A stretch of 64,000 nt of DNA, from assembly GCA_039028615.1 (NCBI GenBank), contig JBCCHT010000017.1:96001-160000 (forward strand), given 5' to 3'. Positions 57,385 to 64,000 of this stretch are shown here, in pieces. Position 1 is the stretch's first letter; each line of letters opens with the position of its first letter. The notes under the pieces are model-generated. The model ran no database searches and was not told the origin of the DNA. It worked only from the letters and a program-made list of their open reading frames with translations. The stretch comes from Myxococcota bacterium (lineage in GTDB: Bacteria; Myxococcota_A; Polyangia; Nannocystales; Nannocystaceae). Position numbers and translations under genes: made by a program.

Positions 57385-58812
57385 ATGATGAAAGGTGCTC
57401 GATTTTCTTGTTGTCTAGCGGTCAGCTTGTGCTCGTGGGCATGCGGCTCCGTCGATGAAGCCAGTGACGGTGACGGAGGCGCGAATGTGACCACGTCGCC
57501 GCCGAGCAATGACGGCAATGCGGAAGAGACCTCCGATTCGAATGCCGGCTCGGGTGGTGGCGACGACGAAGGTGGCGGTGCCCAGACCTCGAATGCGACC
57601 GCGCCGGGAACCGGCGATCCCCCCGGAGACGGTGGCGACGGGACCGGTGCGCCCCCGGTGACCTTCGACGTCGGCATGATGCCCGACGGCGGCGGCCAGG
57701 GCTTCTGCATGCCCGGTATGGGCGGCGGAGATGGAGGCGGCGGCAGCAAGGAGCCCGAGTTCTCGTTCCTGTGGGCCTGCAACAGCACCCAGGGCACCAT
57801 CTCGAAGATCGACACGCAGACGGTGACCGAGGTCGGGCGCTACTACACGCGACCCGACCTGGCCGGCAGCCCCTCGCGAACCTCGGTCAGCCTCTCGGGT
57901 CATGTGGCGGTGGCGAACCGCTCCGGCGGCGTGACCAAGTTCTACGCGACCACCGAAGACTGCGTGGAGAGCAACGGGACGCCGGGTATTCAGACGTCGA
58001 CCGACAACAACCCCCTGCCCTGGGATCAAGAGGAGTGCCGGGCGTGGCACATCCCCTTCGACTACGACAGCCAGCGACCGGTGGCCTGGGCTCCGGGCGA
58101 GTGGAACCAGAGCACCTGCGAGTGGGAAAACGAGCTGCTGTGGTCGGCCGGGCGTTGGGGCCAGACCGACACCGAGGTCGTGCTCATCGACGGTGAGGCG
58201 GGCGTGGTCCTCGACCAAGTGGCCATCCCCGGGCTCAAGGCCGACCAGTTCGGGCTCTACGGGGCCGCGGTGGATAGCGAGGGCAACCTGTGGACCTCGG
58301 GCTGGGCGACGGGCAACCACCTCGTGCGCGTCGACATCGACACCATGGCCGTGCAGGTGTGGGACGGACCGTCGTCGACGGGCCTGACCTCGCACTGGTA
58401 CGGCATGACCGTCGACGTCAACGGCTACGTGTGGAACTGCGCGAGCCGAGTCGCCCGCTTCGATCCCGTCACCGAGGACTGGACGGTGAGCAACGACCTG
58501 GGCAACTTCGCCGCGGGATGCATGGCCGACGGCGACCCCGATGGCTTGCTGTGGCTCGGGACCTCGGGGGTGATCCGCGGCATCGATCGCGAGACCTTCA
58601 CCATCGTTCACGACTGGCCCGTGCCCAGCAACTACGGCGTGAGCATCGACTTTTACGGCAACGTGTGGGCGGTCAACGGCAGCGGGGCGCATCGTGTCGA
58701 CCCGGATACCGGCACCGTGACCTCCTACAACGGCCTGACCGGTGCCTACACCTACTCGGACATGACCGGATTCGCCCTCAACACCGTGGGCGGCGGCGGA
58801 CCCAGCCGCTAG
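57385..58812 (+). CDS. Lipoprotein with a Vgb/NHL-like beta-propeller
   Basis: Lipobox, Gly-rich linker, TISKIDT, PSRTSV, YGAAVD, YGMTVD and YTYSDMTG. Confidence 0.8.
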   Translation: MMKGARFSCCLAVSLCSWACGSVDEASDGDGGANVTTSPPSNDGNAEETSDSNAGSGGGDDEGGGAQTSNATAPGTGDPPGDGGDGTGAPPVTFDVGMMPDGGGQGFCMPGMGGGDGGGGSKEPEFSFLWACNSTQGTISKIDTQTVTEVGRYYTRPDLAGSPSRTSVSLSGHVAVANRSGGVTKFYATTEDCVESNGTPGIQTSTDNNPLPWDQEECRAWHIPFDYDSQRPVAWAPGEWNQSTCEWENELLWSAGRWGQTDTEVVLIDGEAGVVLDQVAIPGLKADQFGLYGAAVDSEGNLWTSGWATGNHLVRVDIDTMAVQVWDGPSSTGLTSHWYGMTVDVNGYVWNCASRVARFDPVTEDWTVSNDLGNFAAGCMADGDPDGLLWLGTSGVIRGIDRETFTIVHDWPVPSNYGVSIDFYGNVWAVNGSGAHRVDPDTGTVTSYNGLTGAYTYSDMTGFALNTVGGGGPSR

Positions 58813-58974
58813 TCCGCGTAGCACCGCGGGGGCGAGCGTCGCCCTCGCGGGACACTTCCGTTCGGCCCACCGACCGCGACCTCTCGTCCCGATCCGGAGA
58901 CAGGTCGCGGTCGTTTGTGGACCGGTCGCGTCAATCCGAGTGCCGCGAGCCCGATCGCCGGCTACGTTGAGAGC

Positions 58975-59862
58975 GTGAGCCTGCCCGCCCCGCTCTTCGC
59001 CCCGGCTCGGCTACGCCCCGTCGCGCTCCGGGTGACCTTCGCCATCGGCTTGGTCTTTGCGATGTTCGCCATGCGCATGCTCGCGGTGCTCGAGCCCGGG
59101 CCGTGGGTCGGCGCAACGCTGGCCACCACGGGCATGATCACCTGGATGGGGGTGCTGGTGCTGCGCAAGCCCATCGTCACCCGCGACACCGCGCACGGTC
59201 GCATCACCTTCCTGGGCGCTCTGCTGGGGGTCGCCACGGCCCCGGTGGCCTACTTCACGGGCTTCGTGGTGTTCGGCGGAGCCCCGAGTGCCCTGCTCGC
59301 GTTGCCCATCGTCATGCTCCTCGGCGCGCCGATCGGCCTCATCGCGGGGACCTTCTTCGGCCTGGTGGCCGCGATGCCGCTGTCGGCCGTGGCCTTCGCC
59401 ATGCGTAACCCTTCGCCGCAGTCGGCCGACCGGGCCACCGCCCTGCTGGGCGCCTGGGCCCTGCTCATCCCGGCCCTGATCGTGGTGCTGACGCCCGACC
59501 CGCCCTCGTTCTACGGCTGGAAGGCCAACCCCGCGTACATGACGATGCAGTACGTGGGCGCCGCGGCGCTGGGAGGGCTCGGCCTGTTCCTGCTGCTCGC
59601 GGCCCTGCGACGCCTGAGATGGCGGCAGCAGTTCATCGAGCGCGTGGTCGCGGGCCACGAGCCCGGCTGGGCCCTGCTCGAGGCCCCCGAAGGTCGCCCC
59701 CGCCCCGTGGGGCTGGAGTGCATCGACTCGAGGTCGAAGGAGCGCTCGGTGTTGCTGTGTCGGTGCGACGAGCTGGGCCAAGGCGCCTATCGGCGCGCCG
59801 ATGCCCTGCAGCCCGTGGCCTGGGTCCCGCCCGGCTGGGTCGACACCGCCAGCCTGGGCTGA
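58975..59862 (+). CDS. Hypothetical membrane protein
   Basis: Six or more hydrophobic segments and a C-terminal GAYR motif. Confidence 0.65.
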   Translation: MSLPAPLFAPARLRPVALRVTFAIGLVFAMFAMRMLAVLEPGPWVGATLATTGMITWMGVLVLRKPIVTRDTAHGRITFLGALLGVATAPVAYFTGFVVFGGAPSALLALPIVMLLGAPIGLIAGTFFGLVAAMPLSAVAFAMRNPSPQSADRATALLGAWALLIPALIVVLTPDPPSFYGWKANPAYMTMQYVGAAALGGLGLFLLLAALRRLRWRQQFIERVVAGHEPGWALLEAPEGRPRPVGLECIDSRSKERSVLLCRCDELGQGAYRRADALQPVAWVPPGWVDTASLG

Positions 59863-59877
59863 CCGCGGGGGCCCTGG

Positions 59878-60228
59878 CTACTGGCCTTCGCCTTCGACCC
59901 GCTTGAGCCGGACACCGTTGACCACCATCGTCCACTCTCCGTCGAGCTCGCGGGGGGTCTCGGTGACCTCGAACTTGGTCTTGACCACCATGACCCCGAC
60001 GATGAAGTCGTCGTCCTGCCAGCCCTGCAGCGGACCTTCGATCGACGTGCGGCCCTTGCCCTCGACCTTCTCGTAGGTCACGTGACCCTCGGGGCGGATG
60101 ACCAGGTCCATGCCCGGGCCGACCCAGTGGCCCGCGAACTCGGCCTTGTCCGCGGGCAGCGGCTGGCCCTTGCACGCGGTGAGCACCAAAACGCAGGAGA
60201 TCAGCACGGCCTGGGCGATGCTTCGCAT
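59878..60228 (-). CDS. Small lipoprotein
   Basis: LTAC lipobox and beta-rich domain. Confidence 0.75.
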   Translation of the reverse strand: MRSIAQAVLISCVLVLTACKGQPLPADKAEFAGHWVGPGMDLVIRPEGHVTYEKVEGKGRTSIEGPLQGWQDDDFIVGVMVVKTKFEVTETPRELDGEWTMVVNGVRLKRVEGEGQ

Positions 60229-60284
60229 GCCCCCACCCTAGCGCGAACGAGGGGCGAGTCGAACACGACCCGCCCCTGCCGCGG

Positions 60285-60707
60285 CTACGCGTCGCGCCAC
60301 AGGGCGGCCATGGCCCCCTGGGTGCTGAGCACGAACATCACGGGCATCGCGGCCTGGCGCGGCACCTTGAAGCCGTCGACCAGGACCTTCGAGGTCATGG
60401 CCGAGATGGCCGAGCCGCCGACCAGCTGCCCGCCGACGCCCCAGGCCCAGTTCTTGAAGTCCAGCTGGGCTTGGGTCGGCAGGGCGCCCCACAGCTCGGC
60501 GAGCTGCGTCGGCGACGGGTGGTGACCCACCGCCACGTTCAGCCCGGCTCGCATCGCCTGGGCGGTGATCGAGTTGTGGAAGGTGATGGCCGAGTAGGCC
60601 TCTGCGCCTTGGAAGCCCAAGTTGCCCGCCGTGCGGCGCGCCCCGTAGTAAAGCTGCGGCGGCTTGCCGATCGCTCCGTCCCAGACCCCAGTAAAAAATG
60701 GATGCAT
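60285..60707 (-). CDS. Hypothetical 140-aa protein
   Basis: AAGGG purine-rich RBS before ATG 60707 and GC3 bias. Confidence 0.55.
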   Translation of the reverse strand: MHPFFTGVWDGAIGKPPQLYYGARRTAGNLGFQGAEAYSAITFHNSITAQAMRAGLNVAVGHHPSPTQLAELWGALPTQAQLDFKNWAWGVGGQLVGGSAISAMTSKVLVDGFKVPRQAAMPVMFVLSTQGAMAALWRDA

Positions 60708-60783
60708 CCAGCGTCCCCTTTCGCGGGGGTAAGCATAACCCCTACAGAGGGTGAAACCGACGAGAATCGACGCCAACCACGTG

Positions 60784-60809
60784 AAAAGGGGCCCCGAGGG
60801 GCCCCTTTT
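60784..60809. terminator. Intrinsic terminator downstream of hppA
   Basis: AAAAGGGGCCCC-ga-GGGGCCCCTTTT inverted repeat. Confidence 0.8.
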
Positions 60810-60853
60810 GCTCATCGCCGGAACGAATCCCGGCGATGCGTCTCGGATGAAGA

Positions 60854-63058
60854 TCAGTTCACGATGAACGGAGCGATGACCACGGCGACGACGGTCATCA
60901 CCTTGATCAGGATGTTCAGGCTGGGACCGGCGGTGTCCTTGAACGGGTCGCCGACGGTGTCGCCGATGACCGAGGCCTTGTGGCGCTCGGAGCCCTTGCC
61001 GGTGTTGACCTTCTCGTCGAAGTCCTTCTTCTGGTCCTCGACCTGCTTCTTGGCGTTGTCCCAGGCACCGCCCGCGTTCGACATGAACAAGGCGAGCATG
61101 ACGCCCGAGGCCAGGGTACCGGCGAGCAGACCACCGAGGGCCTCGGCCGACCAGTAGCCAGTGATGACCGGAGCGGCCAGGGCGAGGACGCCCGGGGCCA
61201 TCATGCGCTTGATGGAGGCCTGGGTGGAGATCTCCACGCAGCGCTTGACGTCGGTCTCGGTCGCAGCGGACAGGACCTGCTCCTTCTCCTCGTCGGTGAG
61301 GGCCCGGTCCTCGTCCTCGGCCTTCTTGACGATGAGCAGCGCGGGGCGAAGGACCTTGATCTCGCGGAACTGGCGACGAACCTCTTGGATCATCTCCATC
61401 GCCGCGTCGCCCACCGCCTTCATGGCCATGGCCGAGAAGAGGAAGGGCAGCATGGCGCCGACCAGGAGGCCGATGAGGACCTCGGGGTTGGTCAGCGCAA
61501 CCTTGGCGCCAGTCGTCTGCTGGTAAGCGGCGAACAGCGACAGGGAGGCCAGCGCGGCGGAGCCGATGGCGAAGCCCTTACCGATGGCTGCGGTGGTGTT
61601 GCCCACGGCGTCCAGGTTGTCGGTACGACCGCGAACCTCGGGGGGCAGGCTCGACATCTCGGCGATACCACCCGCGTTGTCGGCGATGGGGCCGTAGGCG
61701 TCGACGGCGAGGCCGATGCCCGTGGTCGAGAGCATGCCCAGCGCGGCCAGGGCGACGCCGTACAGGCCGGCGTAGTTGTTGGCCAGGAAGATGGCGCCCG
61801 CGATGATCACGATGGGAAGGGCGGTGGAGCGGAAGCCCACGCCGATACCTGCGATGATGTTCGTGGCCGGACCGGTCATCGACTGCTCGACGATGCTGTC
61901 GACGGGCGGCTTGTTCTTCGAGCAGTAGTAGCCAGTGATGAGGCCGATGGCGACACCGGAGCCGAGACCACCCGCCATGGCGGCGACCAGGTTGATCGTC
62001 TCGATGTTCTGGATCTTGCCGCCGATGACCAGCTGCGCGGGGTGACCCCCGGCGGAGGCCTGACCGAGGAAGTAGTCGATGATGAACCAGGAGAGGATCA
62101 GCATGACGCCGGCAGCACCGAAGGAGCCGCCGTCGAGCGCGTGCTGAGGGTTGCCCCCCTCTTTGGTCCTCACGAAGTAGGTCGCGATGAGCGAGACCAC
62201 GATGCCGACCGCGGCGATGACCAGCGGCAGCAGGACCAGCTCCATGCGAGCACCCGCGGCGACCGCACCGAGCATCATGGCGCCCACGATGGAGGCGACG
62301 TAGGACTCGAAGAGGTCGGCACCCATGCCAGCCACGTCGCCGACGTTGTCACCGACGTTGTCGGCGATGGTGGCGGGGTTGAGGGGGTGATCCTCGGGGA
62401 TACCGGCCTCGACCTTGCCCACCAGGTCAGCGCCGACGTCGGCGGCCTTGGTGTAGATGCCACCACCCACGCGGGCGAACAGCGCGATGGACGAGGCGCC
62501 CATCGAGAAGCCGGCGAGGAGGTTGACGACCTTGTACAGGGGGCCGTCGAAGGCCTGGCTCTCGACGTTCTCGAGACCGCCGAACTGGCCGTTGAAGACG
62601 AAGAACAGGGCGCCCAGGCCGAGCAGGGCCAGGCCGACCACGCTCATGCCCATGACCGCGCCACCGCGGAAGGCCACGATGAGGGCGGGGGCCAGACCAC
62701 CGCGAGCCGCGGCTGCCGTTCGCACGTTGGCCAGGGTGGCCACCTTCATGCCGGCGTAGCCCGAAGCGGCGGAGCACAGCGCACCGACCACGAAGGCGAC
62801 ACCGATGAGGGGCGAGCCCTTGCCGGTCGAGACATTGAGGCCGACGAGCACGCCGGCGACGACCAGAACGAACAAGCCGAGCACCTTGTACTCGGCCGAG
62901 AGGAACGCCATGGCGCCCTCTTGGATCTTGCCCGCGATGGTTTTCATCTCGTTGTTGCCGGCGTCCTGTTTACCGACCCAACCGGCGGTAACGAACGCGT
63001 ACACCAACGCAATGACACCTGCGATGGGAGCGAGGAGGAGTAACGTCTGACTGTCCAC
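60854..63058 (-). CDS. hppA: Membrane-bound ion-translocating pyrophosphatase, K+-dependent type (probably Na+)
   Basis: [39 protein letters not shown] (Ala determinant), GGAWDNAKK and [11 protein letters not shown]. Confidence 0.95.
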   Translation of the reverse strand: MDSQTLLLLAPIAGVIALVYAFVTAGWVGKQDAGNNEMKTIAGKIQEGAMAFLSAEYKVLGLFVLVVAGVLVGLNVSTGKGSPLIGVAFVVGALCSAASGYAGMKVATLANVRTAAAARGGLAPALIVAFRGGAVMGMSVVGLALLGLGALFFVFNGQFGGLENVESQAFDGPLYKVVNLLAGFSMGASSIALFARVGGGIYTKAADVGADLVGKVEAGIPEDHPLNPATIADNVGDNVGDVAGMGADLFESYVASIVGAMMLGAVAAGARMELVLLPLVIAAVGIVVSLIATYFVRTKEGGNPQHALDGGSFGAAGVMLILSWFIIDYFLGQASAGGHPAQLVIGGKIQNIETINLVAAMAGGLGSGVAIGLITGYYCSKNKPPVDSIVEQSMTGPATNIIAGIGVGFRSTALPIVIIAGAIFLANNYAGLYGVALAALGMLSTTGIGLAVDAYGPIADNAGGIAEMSSLPPEVRGRTDNLDAVGNTTAAIGKGFAIGSAALASLSLFAAYQQTTGAKVALTNPEVLIGLLVGAMLPFLFSAMAMKAVGDAAMEMIQEVRRQFREIKVLRPALLIVKKAEDEDRALTDEEKEQVLSAATETDVKRCVEISTQASIKRMMAPGVLALAAPVITGYWSAEALGGLLAGTLASGVMLALFMSNAGGAWDNAKKQVEDQKKDFDEKVNTGKGSERHKASVIGDTVGDPFKDTAGPSLNILIKVMTVVAVVIAPFIVN

Positions 63059-63103
63059 GAAGACTGGTCCTTTCCGAGCGAGCGGCTACATACCAAAAAA
63101 CCC

Positions 63104-63724
63104 TTAGGGGGTGGCAGCCGATCCCCGGGGGGGAGATTGTTGATTGATGGTGTTCATCGCCGCTTTCACGCCCTCGGTCATGACCGCAGTCACGGCCTCT
63201 TGGGCGCGATCGACGAGATCGGGGAGGTTGGCGGCATCGATGGGGTCGAAATCGTCGAGCACCCATTTGCTGACGTCACCACCTCGAGTGGGACGTCCGA
63301 CTCCGACGCGGATGCGTACGAAATCGCGAGAACCGGTCAGCGCAATGATGTCTCGCAGGCCGTTGTGGCCACCGTGGCCACCGCCTGCCTTGACCGCGAC
63401 ACGGCCGAAATCGAAGTCGATCTCGTCGTGAACGACGATCGTGCGCTTCGGCCCGACCCGGTGAAATTGGGCCGCGGCGACCACGCTCTTGCCGCTGCAG
63501 TTCATGTACGTCTGTGGCATCACAGCCACGACGCGGTCACGCCCCACGGAAGCCGTGGTCATGCGGGCGTGGAACTTCTCACGCCATGACACGCCGACCC
63601 CAGGAGTGAGGTGGCGGTCGATCCAGCGTTCGACCACCATGAACCCCACGTTGTGGCGATTGTGTGCATACTCGCGGCCTGGGTTGCCCAGACCGACGAG
63701 TAGCCATGGTGATGCGTCCGCCAT
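63104..63724 (-). CDS. pth: Peptidyl-tRNA hydrolase
   Basis: LLVGLGNPG..Y..NRHNVGF, TYMN, VVHDEID and GGHNGLR. Confidence 0.97.
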   Translation of the reverse strand: MADASPWLLVGLGNPGREYAHNRHNVGFMVVERWIDRHLTPGVGVSWREKFHARMTTASVGRDRVVAVMPQTYMNCSGKSVVAAAQFHRVGPKRTIVVHDEIDFDFGRVAVKAGGGHGGHNGLRDIIALTGSRDFVRIRVGVGRPTRGGDVSKWVLDDFDPIDAANLPDLVDRAQEAVTAVMTEGVKAAMNTINQQSPPRGSAATP

Positions 63725-63775
63725 AGCGGGTTGGGCCGCGCGCTCCCGAAGGGAGCCGCGACCAGGTCACCAGAA

Positions 63776-64000
63776 TTACTTCTTTTCCTCTTCTTCGCCC
63801 TCGTCCTTCTTGGCCTTGGGCATCTCGACGAGGGCGAGCGGCGAATCGGGACGCTCGCGGAAGCTGGTGTTGGGCAGCGAGACGTCGGCGATACGGATGG
63901 TGTCACCCGCATCGAGGTTGCCCATGTCCACGACGAGCTCGACGGGCAGGTCGCCGGGCTTGGCCGAGACCTTGACCTCGCGACGGAAGGTCTTGAGCTT
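63776..64000 (-). CDS. rplY: 50S ribosomal protein L25/Ctc, C-terminal part (5'-truncated)
   Basis: REVKVSAKPGDLPVELVVDMGNLDAGDTIRIAD, acidic/basic tail, conserved position upstream of pth. Confidence 0.9.
   Translation of the reverse strand, partial: KLKTFRREVKVSAKPGDLPVELVVDMGNLDAGDTIRIADVSLPNTSFRERPDSPLALVEMPKAKKDEGEEEEKK

Noticed and set aside
60980..63043. 687-aa plus-strand ORF
   Set aside because: Antisense shadow of hppA.

Overview
High-GC bacterial DNA. The abundant Cys-lipobox lipoproteins with Ser/Thr/Gly/Asp linkers, a MYXO-CTERM tail and C-terminally extended ECF sigma factors point to a myxobacterium (Nannocystaceae-like; inference). The most unusual region is 1-14.9 kb, an apparently uncharacterised radical-SAM system split into two same-strand blocks. 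It contains Gfo/Idh/MocA-like and DUF483-like proteins, a tandem double radical-SAM protein whose N-terminal copy has lost its cluster motif, a radical SAM with a Cx26CxxC motif, a GT-C-like polytopic membrane protein, a TPR protein and a third HxsC-like radical SAM. Four of these proteins appear to share an unnamed ~90-aa accessory domain. A second striking module (22.2-27.0 kb) is an overlapping three-gene operon: a secreted thermonuclease, a lipoprotein with 14 Cys/Asp Ca-binding-type repeats, and an outer-membrane beta-barrel carrying 3 of the same repeats. The rest holds a triplicated STAS/SpoIIAA-like gene, an RND efflux pair, a FadE23/24-like acyl-CoA dehydrogenase pair, two ECF sigma modules, a type II TA pair, a nonsense-interrupted SnoaL-like gene, a possible IS91-like remnant, a PEGA protein with a repeated VFM motif, several vWA/beta-propeller lipoproteins, and the housekeeping run rplY-pth-hppA. 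No rRNA, tRNA or CRISPR array was seen. All family calls come from motif recognition by eye, not from database searches.
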